Source: Octopus sinensis
Taxonomy: Eukaryota
Direction: 5' to 3'
Assembly: GCF_006345805.1 (NCBI RefSeq)
Contig: NC_043013.1
Span: forward strand, 18,786,001-18,850,000
Length of the DNA: 64,000 nt
Shown piece by piece: positions 39,797-54,660 of this stretch; within the stretch, counting starts at the first letter, position 1; the number at the start of each line of letters is the position of its first letter. Both the position numbers and the translations under genes were made by a program. The notes below the pieces were generated by a model. The model was not told the origin of the DNA. It worked only from the letters and a program-made list of their open reading frames with translations, and ran no database searches.

Positions 39797-40750
39797 AAAC
39801 TTAGATAAACTCAGATATGTTTCAACCAAAGATTGGTCCAGGCCATGTCTAACTTCATAGCACCACCTGATAGGATTATCTGAATCCTGTTTAAGTTAAG
39901 TTTTGTTTATGGTCCATTCAAGTACTGAGTTTTTGTTGGGTGAGTTGTATCCAATTATGGTTGGCTTATCTGGTATTCCTTGAAGGAATCTATTCAGTCT
40001 CCGTTTAAAGTTGATGGGATCCTTTTCCTCCTTGATCTCTTTCGGGACAATGTTAAATAGGGCAGGGCCTGTTGAGGAAAAGAAATTATATTGCAGTGTA
40101 CATGTATGCTGTGATCTTGAATTGGGCAGAGGACGTATGGCTCGTGGCCCCAGTCTTGGATGAACCTTGAAGCTAATGTTCAGGTCGTTTGGGCAAAGTT
40201 GGCGGTATATTCTCCACATCGTACAGATGATGTACCGCTCACGGCGACGCTGGAGAGAGTAGAGTTTCAAGGCTTTAAGGCGATCCCAATAATCGAGAGC
40301 AGCCATGCCTTCAATTCGTTTAGTGAGTGCCCTCTGGGGTGATTCAATCCTCGCGATGTTTTGTCTTGTATGGGGAGACCACAGTGGGCAGCAGTATTCG
40401 AGGTGTGGCCGTACAAATGAGGAGAAAAGTGGTATGATGACACCTTGTTCTCTGGACCGGAAAGTTCTTAAGATCCAGGAACTCATCCTACGAGCTATAT
40501 CGACCTTATTGTTGATGTGTGCACTCCAACTGAGATCGTCATCAACAATTACACCCAGGTCTCTGAAGGAAGAGAGTATGGCTGTTTTAGTGAGGAATTT
40601 CTTCCAAAATGCATCAGCTCAAATTTTCCCTCGTTCAGTTGCATTTTGTTTCTGTCTGCCCATTGACTCACAGCAGGTGAACAACTGTTGATTACCAATG
40701 CTTCTACCTACACTCCACCTTTCGTGTATCTCAAACTACGGAAGTAGTGG
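39797..40750 (-). mobile_element. 5'-truncated CR1-clade LINE (RT C-terminus and 3' end), antisense in the LFRFa intron
   Basis: WADRNKMQLNEGKFEL, RDLGVIVDDDLSWSAHINNKV, WILRTF...LFSSFVRPHLEYCCPLWSPH...LDYWDRLKALKLYSLQRRRER. Confidence 0.92.
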
Positions 40751-43352
40751 TGATACCCTGACTAATTTCTTTATTGTTCAGTGACAAATTTCACCCTGAC
40801 TGCCGCCATGTACGGCTATGTAAGATCCACCGTCTCTCATTCCTAGAAATTTCAGCCGTCAATAGTGAATGAATAACCCAAATAATTACTCGGGTGGGAT
40901 TGTGTGGTTCAGAAGTTTATTTTGTAATCACGCGATTTTGCGTTCAGTCTCACTGCACTGTACCTAGGTCAAGTGTTTTCTATTATTGATCCAGGTTGAC
41001 CGTCTCAGTAGATTTGCGGTTCGGCAAGAGAGACCGATAGAATGAATATCAGGCTTTAAAAAAAAGAAGTACTGGGGTCGATTCATTCGACTAAAAATTC
41101 TTCAAGGCGGTGCTGTTGCATGGCCGAAGTCAAATAACTAAAACATGTAAAAGAGAGAAAAATATATAAAAAAGATACACTTACATTTACACACAGACAC
41201 GTGTATATGTATACATATATATGTGCATGTCGACCAACGATCAAAACATTCGTAAAGAAATCAATAACTTGGTTCTTTTTTATTAAAAATCTATTTTATT
41301 TTGTAGTTGATCTGTTGAGGTAGACTTGTCATTATCGGCGTGATACATTCAGCGGAATAGAGTTTGATTGTAATCCAAGAGGCTATTTAGTTCACCGTTT
41401 CCACTATAAAAAAGAAAATTACTATGGCAGTATTTAAATGGCGCTGTATAAAACTTTATTATTATCAATGCTGAGAAAGTCAGAGAATGGAACATTGAAG
41501 AAGCTATGGATGTTATTAACCTAGACTGACATCATTAGCGGATTAAGGAGAGATACCATGGAAGTGTTGGTAGAGATTACACGCAGAGTTTCTGAAACTA
41601 TTAATGATTGTGTTGGGGACGTTTGATGTGTGGTCAATATTCTATGTTCAATTAGCTTTAATTTGATAATGGAATGGTTTCTCTGTATACTTGACTAAAT
41701 ATCGATTTGTAAGATAGTCGCAAGACATCACAATTTGGGGAGGCAAGAGTCGATTTCGATAAAATCGACTCTAGTATTTAACTGGTACATTAAGCTATCG
41801 AATATGGAAGAAGAAAATGAGATGTTCTCATTGGTAGCGTCTGAAATCAGAATGTGCAGAAACGGTTTATCTAAAATTAATATTTTAAGTTTAGATTCTT
41901 AAAATTACTTTTTTAATATCAGTGCCGTATAATTTAAGAGCAAAGACGTAAAAACAACTGAATAAAACAAGCATTTTGCGCTTTTTCCATTAATGTCAAT
42001 ATTTCGAAAGACGTTTTAACTTCGAAATTTTAAAATGTGAAGTAAAAGGAAACACTCATTTTACTCGTCTTGTTGTCAATCCTTTATTTCTTACTTGTAC
42101 TCAGAGTTTTAAAACAATTTTAATTGCCTCAAATTATTTCCTATGCATTCCCATAATTCACTTAATGTTTCTTACAACAAAGACTATTTAGCCTTGCGCT
42201 AATATTTGAAACCAATGAATATTGGTACATTGTTTTACTAATCATTACTTCTTTGCTAGTGTATATTATAGGCTTTTTTTGCTAATTACTTTCCTTAATT
42301 ATTATGAGGGACGAGATAAGGCGGCGATCTGGCAGAACCGACGGGCGAAATGCTTAGCGGCATTTCATCCGTCTTCAAGTTCAAATTCTTCCGGTATTTA
42401 AGTTTGCCTCTAGTCTTTCCGGGATCTATAAAATAGGTATCAGTTGAGCACATGGATCGATGTAATCAATTTATCCACTCTCCCACTATTGCCTGCCCTG
42501 TGCTAAAATTTGAAGCCAACGAATAATTATATTGGTACATTACTTTACTAATTAATACTTCTTTGCTAGTACATATAGACTTATTTTACTAATTACATGT
42601 ATTAATTATTATTATTAGTGAAAAGATAAGGCGGTGAGCTGGCAGAACTGTTAGCAAGACGGGCAAAATACTTAGCGGCATTTCATCTGTCTTCGTGTTC
42701 TGAGTTCAAATTCTGCAGGGGTTGACTGCCTTTAATCTTATCGGGGTCTATAAAATAAGTACCAGTTGTGCACAGGGATCGATGTAATCGATTTAACCCC
42801 TCCCCAAAATTGCTGGCCTTGTACTAAAACTTTGAGACCATCTTTAGAGAAGGGATTCGCACGGGCGAAGTAACTCCCAGTGTAATTCTGCATTGATAGA
42901 TCTTTTATAGACTCTGGCAAACATTGCATAATAAAGTCACAGAGGTACTGTCTCCAAAAAAAAAAAAGGGTAAAAGAATTGGATAGCCACTTCTGGAATA
43001 TCATTAATCAGAAGCCTGCTGTCTCAGCACTAACCTGGGGCTAAATAGCAAAATCAACTACGACTGATATGCACAGCTCAACTTTATTGACTTAAGAAAG
43101 GCAAAGTCAACACCGTCGGTGGCGTATGAACTCAGAAGGAAACTCATGGGCGTAACAATACCAGAATTCGTTTTGTATGTTTCTGTAACTCAGCAGTCTT
43201 ATATATATTTATGTGTGTGTGTGTGTGTGTGTGTGTTAAAAAGACGGTTGGGTTATCATCTGGTATTGTTACAAATGTTTCGTTACGAGTCATTATTGTG
43301 ACATAAGCATAGTAGAGTGCGGTATGCAATATGGATCCTCTATAATCAAAGC

Positions 43353-43385
<33 letters not shown>

Positions 43386-43592
43386 ATACGAGATCATGTG
43401 ACAAGGCTTCAACAAGTAGAAAAGCACTTGATCAGCTGAGAGAGTACAGAAAATGTTATAGTAAAAACCACAAGTTTTATTAATTACAGCTATACAAGGT
43501 TTCCTGCCGGAAGCTAGAAAAATGGCGTGATGAATGCTTCGGACACGAAACCCTGGAAAGTTGTAATTAACAAGATTTGTTTTTATTATAAC

Positions 43593-43636
<44 letters not shown>

Positions 43637-43737
43637 CATGCATGCATGCATACATACATACATACATACATACATACATACATACACACACACACATATA
43701 CATGCATACATACACACATACATACACACAAAAAACA

Positions 43738-44304
<567 letters not shown>

Positions 44305-44338
44305 TATATACATATATATACATATATGTGTATGTATC

Positions 44339-44371
<33 letters not shown>

Positions 44372-44372
44372 T

Positions 44373-44414
<42 letters not shown>

Positions 44415-44479
44415 AACATGTTTATTTATATATATATATTAATGATATATAAGAAATGATTTCTTTTTCTTCTTTTCAG

Positions 44480-44952
44480 CTACAGATTCTGCCAGACTTG
44501 GTAGCATTTTAGGACTGCAGGAGGAAGATGACAACGGATTAGAGAAATCTTCATTGGACGACCAAGGCCTTGGAATTGATGATGTTGATAAACGTAACAG
44601 CCTCTTCCGGTTTGGCAAGCGCAGTGGTGTCTTCCGTTATGGTAAACGTACGTTATTTCGCTTCGGGAAACGAGGCAAAGCAATGCGATTGAGTCGAAGT
44701 GATTCTAGCGAAGAACCTGAGGATGAAGGATTAAAAAGAACCATTTTCAGATATGGGAAACGTGACGGCGTCGAGGATCCTTATGAATATGAAGACCCTG
44801 CCCTTGCAGTAGCAGTTGTACCTGAGGATAAACGAAATAATTTCTTCAGGTATGGTAGAAGCCGCACAGTTTTCAGATATGGCCGAAGTACCGAAAAAAA
44901 GAAGGAGAAACGCCCACACACACCTTTCCGCTTTGGAAGGGAAGAGAAATGA
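44480..44952 (+). CDS. LFRFa: LFRFamide (sNPF-type) neuropeptide precursor, peptide-coding last exon
   Basis: Acceptor tttcttcttttcag at 44478-79. The spliced product is 185 aa. KR/R-flanked, Gly-extended peptides: NSLFRF (44596), SGVFRY (44623), TLFRF (44650), TIFRY (44740), NNFFRY (44836), TVFRY (44866), PHTPFRF (44914). NSLFRFa, TIFRFa and C-terminal PHTPFRFa are known from cuttlefish LFRFamide precursors. Confidence 0.95.
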
Positions 44953-45000
44953 ACAAATAATGTTAAAACAAAAGATCAGATCAGTATAACAGACGTGCTC

Positions 45001-45110
45001 AATAAACATGAGATGATATTAAAAAACAAAATAAAACAAAGAAACATTATTAACATAATACAAAATAAACATGGAGACTTGTATGAATTTATGATGTAAA
45101 AAAAATAAAG
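45001..45110 (+). promoter_or_regulatory. Cluster of AATAAA polyadenylation signals downstream of the LFRFa stop
   Basis: AATAAA at 45001, 45030, 45064 and ~45104, followed by T-rich sequence. The sequence is AT-rich, so which signal is used is unknown. Confidence 0.5.
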
Positions 45111-45215
45111 CAACTTGTGTGAGGAAAAAAAATATATCTAAAATTTTGTCAAAAGTTCGGTTTTTCTTCTTTTTTTTCTTGTCCCACTCCTTGAAAGATT
45201 CTCATAATATACATG

Positions 45216-45267
<52 letters not shown>

Positions 45268-45538
45268 TGGTTAACCGAATCATATCGTTTTTATTTCAAT
45301 ATCCATATATTCTGGATACTTAACTAGTTATGTTTAGATTTTGTCTGTTGCTTTATTTTTCTAATAAAAAGATAACAAAACGATATATATATATATATAT
45401 ATACATACATATATATAGATATGCAATATATAAATATATATGCAAATATATATGTATGCATTATATATACATACACATACATACTTATATATATATATAT
45501 ATCTATATCTATACCTATAGATATATACATATATATAT

Positions 45539-45571
<33 letters not shown>

Positions 45572-45573
45572 TA

Positions 45574-45650
<77 letters not shown>

Positions 45651-45664
45651 GTATACATGCATAC

Positions 45665-45703
<39 letters not shown>

Positions 45704-47047
45704 TATGTGGAAAAATAAAAGAGGAATTTGGCTGTTTCATGATGCGCGGACTTCAAATTGACACTTCACCGATTTCGTCTATTTGGACTGGAATGTATAA
45801 TAGAGAAATAAAAATAGTTTCATTTAGCTTTGTTATTCGACTTCTTTACTTTTATTCCATTCTATTTAAACAATCGTATTTCCTCTTTATTTGACCGAAC
45901 GTGGTGTTGCGGTACGGCCGTAGCAGTGACTGACAAAGCAAACGATAAAGTTAATTGACTAATATCTATTTTATTCCACAATATTTTCACTTTATTCCAC
46001 AAGATTTCCTCTGTACTCTGTCAGATATTTTCTTCCACATTTTTTTCTCATTCTTCTACAATACTCCCAAAATATTTCACGACATTTCCTCACACCACTT
46101 TCCTGTTAATTCATACTTGCACTCTCCTCTCCCACACTATTTTGTCACATCCATCTTGGGTCATTACATTTCAACATTATTTTGCCGTACTTCTACTACA
46201 TATTGCCGGACTTCCACATTATTTCTGCATATATCCCTTATATTCACTGAAACCTTCATTATATGTCACTGTATTTCCTTTAGATTTCTCTACATAATTT
46301 TTCACCTTTTTTTCTGTATTCCGTCGTATTTCCATTATAATCTACACAAATCCCACAATATTTCCACTTTATTTCCACATTTGTCCATCATGTATTTACC
46401 ACATTCTTTCACCCACTACATTCCACTCTTTTCTTATCATGTACCACCATTACATTTCCACCATGTTCAATCATCTGTCTATTATATCTCAGAGATCTAT
46501 TATATTCCATCATACACTCTTTACACACTACCACCAAATTTCCACAATGTTACACCAAGCACTCATAATATTTCTTTTTTATTTCCATCATATCTAAGTT
46601 ACATTTGAACTGTATTCCCTGATTTCTTGTTTTCTGCGCATCCTAATCAAATTTACGTTTTATTCCACAATATTTCGATATCTTCCACAGTATTCGCTCC
46701 TTCCACTCAGTTCTCCGGTATTTTCCACCACATTCCCTCAAACTGTCACCTTATTCTGTCACGTATCGAGTTTATGTGAAATTCCTTCTAATACATTTCT
46801 GAATTCCTTCTAAACGTTTCTAAAAATAAAGCTGTCTTTAATAATGAAAACTACTTAGAATGTGCAGAGATTTATACGACGATTTTTTTTACTCATTGTT
46901 TCAGTCACTGAACTGCGGCAATGCTTGGGCTTTCCCTTCAAGGGCTCTTAGCCGCCTACATTCCCGTCTGCACGCATTTCCGTCTGCTGTTTCATAATTT
47001 TTTTTCTTCAGCGAGTTGCTGTGTTACGTAGTTTTGGTTTTTTTGCT

Positions 47048-47230
47048 GAAGGTATGAGACTTCAATAGAAAATACCTTTTTTGCAGAAGGTATGAGACTT
47101 CAATAGAAAATACCTTTTTTGCAGAAGGTATGAGACTTCAATAGAAAATACCTGTTTTGCAGAAGGTATGAGACTTCAATAGAAAATACCTTTTTTTGAA
47201 GAAAGTATGAGACTTCAATAGAAGATACCT
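47048..47230. repeat. 38-bp minisatellite, ~4.8 copies
   Basis: Unit gaaggtatgagacttcaatagaaaataccttttttgca starts at 47048, 47086, 47124, 47162 and 47201. Confidence 0.92.
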
Positions 47231-48225
47231 GATCAAGGTGCCACACAGTGGAGTCAAAGTTGGTTTGCGAAGTGAACTTCTCAACAACAGGTCTATACAC
47301 GCATTAGTTTTAAAATGTTCTAGATGTAGAATCTTGACATAGAATCTTGGTTGGTTGCAAATAATAATTCTACCTTGGCGTATCTGTGTACGAAATAATA
47401 CAGACTTTTAAAAGACATATCGGACAATGTATAATCGATTTAATCGATAATCTTTAATTTATTATTGATATTTTGTGATCTCTGTGGTCTCTGCTATCCA
47501 TGAAGTCATTGGAAATGGTGCAGTATGTCGGAGGAAAGACGGACGAGTAGATAGAATATCGGCTGAAGCAGAATAAGTTTTCAGACAGAAGTAATGCGGA
47601 TGAAGAAAATCCGTTGTCTCGGAAAACGGAAAGATTCTGCTAAGACAACTGAAAGACAAATACGCATGCGTATGTACATACATACATACATACATACATA
47701 CATACATACATACATACATACATGCAGCATGAGCTCTCCTTTCATAGACGTCCCCGAAAGTTCCACAAATTATTTTTTCTTATAACGACCAAATGCTTGT
47801 GGTTTATAGTAGCTCATTCCTTTCATGAAAAGGACATTCTCTGCTCAGGTGCACGGTGTGCTATTGGTCAGATGTCGAAGTGATCGCAGAGAAACGTAAG
47901 ATGAAGTGTTTTGCTCAAGAACAGTGCGCGCCACCCGGTCCAGGAATCGAAACCACTATCTAACGATTGTGAATGATACACCATAACACTAGGCTACGTG
48001 TCCTCACCACGTACATACGTACATACATACATACATGCATACATAATACATACATACATACATACATACATACATACATACATACATACATACATACATG
48101 CATACATGCATATATACAAACATACATACATACATATATACATACATACATACATACATATATACATACATACATACATACATACATACATACATACATA
48201 CATACATACATACATACATACATGG

Positions 48226-48555
48226 GAGACCCCCTTCGGACATGAATGACCGTGGTATTGCACCTAGAGAGTTACCCTTTGAGGTACAAGTCCAGGCAAG
48301 GTTGTTTATGGAAGGCCAGCAGTCGCCCATGCATACCAGTCTCCCCTCCACGCCACCGATGTTATCCAAGGCAAAGAGACCGATACAGCTTGGTTTGGCA
48401 CCAGTGATGTCGCAAATCATTTCTACAGCTGAAGGAATTGGAGCAACGTAAAATAAAGTGTCTTGCTCAAGAACACAACACGCAGCCCGGTCCGGGAATC
48501 GAACTCACAACCTCCCGATCGTATGCTCGACGCTCTAACCACTGGGCCATGCGCC
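48226..48555 (-). mobile_element. tRNA-derived SINE (body 1 plus tail Z)
   Basis: Reverse complement of 55807-56136. Confidence 0.88.
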
Positions 48556-49091
48556 TTCGCATACGTACATACATACATACATACATACATACATACATAC
48601 ATACATACATACATACATAAAAGCCTAGAAATACTCGGTTTCACGGAGGAGGAGGAGGAGCAAGAGAAACTATTAGTGGCACAGTGAATATTTGTAAGAC
48701 ATTCCAGAAAATCTCCGTCTGAGACTCTTATGTGACTCGATGTACATACTTTGGTGTACGCATCGACAGTATAACGAACACGCTAACTCAACCACTTATT
48801 CATAAACACCGGAAGTCTCTTAACGCAAAAGGTTTTGTCGCTTTCTTAGCGACCGGCTTGAACTCTCTCAACAAGAGCTTAAACACCAAGAAAAATTATA
48901 CATAAATACGTACATGCATACATACATGCATAAGTACACACAGTCATACATACAAACATGCATACATACAAACATTCATGCTGTAAGTACCTTGGAATTG
49001 ATGCAACTGTTGCATACAGTGGTGCTGAGCAAAGCCAGAGTAGCGAAAGAATACTTCAGCAGACTCAAATAAATAAGGAACTCAGAGCTGT

Positions 49092-49560
49092 GTGCAATCA
49101 ATAAGACTAAATCGTATAATGCTTTTGCTAGTACCAACACTTAGGTTATTAGACTGGACATCAGATGAGCTCTACAACCTGAACCTCAACACTAGAAAGA
49201 TACTGACCACCACTTGCAACTTCCACGTCAACAGCAACACCAGCAGGATCTATGGAAGAGGAAGAGATGGTTGGAGAGGCATAAGGTCAATCCAAACAGC
49301 CTTTAGGTATAGCATTGTATCATCGAGACAGCAAATGATTTGTAAAGAAAGAAACGGGTGCATTAGATGTGTGCTCAAATGTGAGAACGTCATCTTTAGA
49401 ATAGAACTCCTGAACAGTTACTCGGAGTGTTATAACTGTCTCATGTGCTCCAATGAAAGCTGGGTTGATCTAACTAAACAGAAATTTGAAGGAGAAGTAG
49501 TCATCATATCAGTAGAAAAGAATGCAAAAATGCATATCCCGCATGCTTGAGAATAACAAC
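49092..49560 (+). mobile_element. Decayed non-LTR retrotransposon fragment (R4/Dong-like post-RT region)
   Basis: DELYNLNLNTRKILTTTCNFHVNSNTSRIYGRGRDGWRGIRSIQ resembles the TRK.L....LHP.SD..RLY..R..GGRGL motif of R4-like elements (judged by eye). Confidence 0.55.
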
Positions 49561-49841
49561 AACATCAACAGGAAGAGTAGTTTCTCCTGGATATGTGATA
49601 GATACAGTACGTCCCATCTGGAAGGGTATATCTTTGCTATCCAAAAACAAGAGATATCTACTAAATACCTTATAAACCAGTAAAAGCAAACATATCACAA
49701 AACCTCCATGTTGTGACAGAAAATGAATGCCTAATGTATCCAGCGTAGCATATAGAAATCCCATTTTTTATCACCTAACTGCCCGGAGGTTTTGCGTTCT
49801 TGTTCCATTTTGTATTTTATATATATATATTATATATATAT

Positions 49842-49873
<32 letters not shown>

Positions 49874-50134
49874 CACACACATAAATATATATATATATAC
49901 ACACACATACACATATATATATATATATATATAAGAACTCCCCCCACACACACAGACACACGCACATACTCGCTTGGTTACACTATATACCTGCATATAT
50001 ATTTTAGGCGTTGCACATATGCCTCTACGTACATTTGCGTATGTAGAAAGAAACGCACACATTCACACGTAAAATTACCTCAATACATATATTCATAGAA
50101 CGTGTGTGCGTATATATATATAAATATATATATA

Positions 50135-50175
<41 letters not shown>

Positions 50176-50412
50176 TATGTACATATATATACATATGTTT
50201 GTATGTGTGTGTGTGTGTGTATATAACTTCATACACAGATGTACGCATTTACGTGTACATATTAATTCGCATCTGTATCTCAGTTTAGTTGAAAATCTAG
50301 ATCCGTTCTGATATTGTATTCCATTGGACGTGTCTAGACAGGACTATGTAATTTAATGAAACAATAAAACGACATGACATAAAGTAATATATACATATAT
50401 ACATACATACAT

Positions 50413-50461
<49 letters not shown>

Positions 50462-50608
50462 TATATATATATATTATATTAAATTAGAGATAAAACCACC
50501 ATTAGGCAAATCAAACAATGAAAAACATAAGCCAATACATAAAATTAATTAATTAATATTATTTTAAATATATATCAAAAGTATTAAAAGTTTAATAAAA
50601 GATAAAGA

Positions 50609-50684
<76 letters not shown>

Positions 50685-52275
50685 AATATATATGTGTGTG
50701 TATATGTATATATATATAATATATATATATTATATATATATTATATATATATATTTATGCATATGTATATGTAGGTATATCTACATGTATATATGCACAC
50801 ATACACACATACACACACACATACATATATATGAATATATATGAGAAATGCTACGACACATACAGACACAGAGATAGGTCTTCAAACAGAAAAACTGTGC
50901 TCTTTTCTCCTGTCGTGGTGAGTGCACACTTTCCCTAGTCGACAATTAGTAATCGGCAGAAAATTGCAGTGTAACTATAAGGACTGATCCTTCCATAATT
51001 TCGTCCGGCTCGCTAACGATCCTGCCTGCTCGCCGCCTTAATAGTAACAACAACAACAACAACAACAACAACGACACTGATGTTGAGAATAAGAACAATT
51101 TCAAGAATCACAACACCAGCAACAATAAGGAAAGCAACTACAGCAACAGTGGAGGCGCAATGGCCCAGTGGTCAGGGCAGCAGGCCCGCAGTCGTAAGAA
51201 CACAGTTTCGATTCCCAGGTCAGTCATTGTGAGTGTTTATTGAACAAAAACACCTAAGCTCCACGAGGGTCCGACGGGGAGTAGTGGTGAACGCCGTTGT
51301 ACTCTTTCACCACAACTTTCTCTCACTCTTTCTTCCTACTTCTGCCACAAAGCAGAGGAACTATGGTGTAACCCACTATGGTGTGGTAAACTTTCAGAGC
51401 CTAGTCTAGATTGTGGATCCTCTGTACCCTGGGTGGTTCAGCTCTCCACCCGTTAAAAAGCCACCGTAACAACGTAACTTTCGCACCCGTGCAACCGCCA
51501 GTCTATCGCATGTAGTGGGTGGATCTACAAGTTGCCACATGCATTCTTAATAGCTTAGGGTAGGCTCGAATTAGAGATTATTCTTTGTGACTAATGGCGT
51601 GAGTCTTGATTGGAAGAAGAAGAGAAGAAGAAGACCACAGCAACAAGGACAAGAAGAAAAAGAAGAAAAAGAAGAAAGAAGAGGAAGAGGGGAGAACAAC
51701 GATAAGCAAAAAACAACAACAACAACAACAACAGCAACAAAATCAAAAACAACGGTAACGTTGACAACAATGTATATGACCTGGTCTGAGTTAATGTCTC
51801 AGACAAACAAATCAATTTTATTTTTGTATGTGTGCGTTTTTGTTATGAAAACTACTGATCGATACATGATTAGGTGTAATGATTTATAAATGAGGAACTG
51901 ATAAAAACCGTCCCCTTCCCCACCTCTACTCCCTCCTCCTACCCCTTCTTGTCTTCATGGTCACAGGAAAAAAGTTGAAACAACTTAATTAGCAAAGAAC
52001 ACCGTTGTCGCTGTTGTTGTTATTTAACCCCCCAAGCAATGCCTGGTGTAACAAAATTATCATCAGAATTCGTCCAGACACGATCATCTTGTCATTTGTG
52101 CTAGACATAATGTATTTCAGACCCCGCTATCCAGTCTGTCCTTTTCTAAGATGTGATAAGACGAAGTGGCTTGCTTGTTATTTTTAGGGGATCGAGTGAT
52201 CATGTAAAGATTCTCTTGTTGAATTTAATCAAAGGAACCCTTTGTAAACCCCTAGTTTCAAACATTCAGTACTTC

Positions 52276-52513
52276 TATAATGCCACTTGAATACTCCTGT
52301 TATTTAGTACTCTTATATAATGCTACTTGAATACTCCTGTTATTTAGTACTCTTATATAATGCCACTTGAATACTCCTGTTATTTAGTACTCTTATATAA
52401 TGCCACTTGAATATTCCTGTTATTTAGTACTCTTATATAATGCCACTTGAATACTCCTGTTATTTAGTACTCTTATATAATTCCACTTGAATACTCCTGT
52501 TATTAATACTCTA
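52276..52513. repeat. 40-bp minisatellite, ~6 copies
   Basis: Unit tataatgccacttgaatactcctgttatttagtactctta repeats every 40 nt with single substitutions. Confidence 0.95.
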
Positions 52514-53811
52514 TGGTAATTTATTAAAGAGATTCGGCTGACGTCACTAATCAACATTCTCCTCCCGAACTCTCAACACGATTCCAATACATTATGTTTA
52601 GCATCGAAACTACACTTTCAAAGGAAATTCAGCTTTCGAACTCCACGCATCTTAAAACTACACTGAACCTCCAACTACACTCAACTTCCAGATTATAAAT
52701 GTTTACTAAACAACACTCAAATTCCAACTGCACTCAACCTCCAAACTTCACCCAACCTTCAAAGTAAATACCGCCTTCGAACTCCACTCGCCTTCAAAGT
52801 ACATTCGACTTGCAAGCTACACTGAACCTCTGACTACACTCAACTTCTAGATTATAAGTGACCACTAAACCACTCCCAATTACCAGCTACACTCAACCTC
52901 CATACTACATTCAACTTCCAAACTACACTCAATCTCCAAACAGCAAGTACGGCTGAGTGGTGAAGAAGTTCACCTGGTTAGTTCATGGGTTCCAAGGTAT
53001 CGTCCGATCGACCAAAAACGTTAGAATGGCATTTTAAGAACAGGCCTGGGTAGAAACCCCGAAGACGGGCAGTTTTTGTTTGAGGGCTGGTAGATTCAAT
53101 CTGTCAACTAATTCAACGGCACTACGGTACTTTGCGTACCTTTAGCACCATCTTGTCTTCTGCAGGTGTTCAGGCAACGAGACCTTTGACTTAAGAGTGA
53201 CAGCTTCTCTTTCTTCACATTTTGAGGCCCTACCAGTAATTATGCGTACTCTCTTTCCTCCTGAGAGTTAGTTATGTAATACAAATGAGCAAAACCTATT
53301 GATTTACACAAAAATATACATAATGGCTTCACGAATGAATGCTCGTAAGCTCAATATTGTAAGTACCATAAATATAAGTAACATAGATTTTATTTCATAT
53401 TATTCACAAATAAACAATACTTTAAATCACTCTAAAATATACAAAAAAATCACTGGACGTTATTTTACACCTTAAAACTGATCCCTACCAACCACTTCAA
53501 GGAAAGAAAAGTGCTGTTTGAGGCTGATCGACTTAATAAGTCAGCCAGCTTAACGACACCATAGTACCTAAGGACCTTTGGCAGAGTCTAGTCTGCTGTA
53601 GACATTCAGGCGAGGTGTCACAAATGGCTGGCAGGCTGGGTAAAAATTCATTGACGGCAATCGACAACCGAACGATTAGTGTATTAGGTATATTCATAGG
53701 GGACACATAAAATGTTTTCTATGTCTCAAATTCAGTTCATTCCCTCACACACACACACTCTCTCTCTCTCTCTTTCTTACACGCACACATGCGTGCACAC
53801 GCACGCACACA

Positions 53812-54660
53812 CATCATCATCATTGTTCGACCGTGGTCGAGACAATGGAATTTACCATGCTACGCCAGACTTCACGGTCCATCATGGCATTACAGAGGTC
53901 CTGTTGCTGGATGCCTGTATCCCTGGAGATTACATCAGGGTAGGAGAGTGTGCGCCCTCTGGTATTGCGAGTAGATGGCTTCCAGAGGAGAAGAGTAGAA
54001 ATTACCTCTTTTTCAGCTCTACAACAATGTCCAGCAAACTGGACTCTCTTACCTTTCACAAGAGATGACACAAGTGGTAGTTTCCCATATATTTGCCTTT
54101 TGGTTGCATGGCGCTTCCACGAGAGATTTAGAGCTCTCATAAGGAGGCGAGTGTAGGTTCCATCCAACCGCCTCTCAAGCTTCTTTGATAACGTCCAGGT
54201 TTCTGAGCCATATAGTAGAATTGGTTCGACTGTGGCTTTGAATATTTCAAGTTTGAAGTCTCTACTTAGATTTGATGACCAGATCTTATGGATGTTATTA
54301 CAGGCTGACCAGGCCATACCCTTTCTTGTTAGAAAGTATTTTCCAGATGATGATATGTATGACCCAAGATATTTATAATCAGAAACCATATTTAAGGGCG
54401 CATTGTTGAGAGTATGGATGATGCAATCACTGTTGGACAGGGACTTGTTTATGTATTCAGTTTTGGCCTCATTGAAGTAAAGACCTACACAATTTGAGGC
54501 TTGTTCAAGAGATTGTAAAAGAGACTGGGCATTGGAGAGAGAATCACTGATAAGAGCGATGTCGTCAGCAAAGTCAGTGTCTGTCAAGTACTCAGCTGGG
54601 TGTCTGGAACTTCTTCTTGGTTTTATTTCAAAGCCCTTGCCAGAGATGGTATCAACTGAC
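53812..54660 (-). mobile_element. 5'-truncated RTE-like LINE with open RT C-terminus
   Basis: ORF 53820-54671: TDFADDIAL, VGLYFNEAKTEY, DYKYLGSYI, FKATVEPILLYGSETWTL, RVQFAGHCCR. It ends in a short (TGA)n tail. Confidence 0.92.

Noticed and set aside
45955-46760. 217-aa F/H/Y-rich ORF
   Set aside because: It arises from a degenerate ttcca(c/t) low-complexity tract with strong strand compositional bias.
52276-52513. CRISPR-like appearance of the 40-bp and 38-bp (47048-47230) arrays
   Set aside because: Units are contiguous with no unique spacers, no cas genes are present, and the context is eukaryotic. They are ordinary minisatellites.
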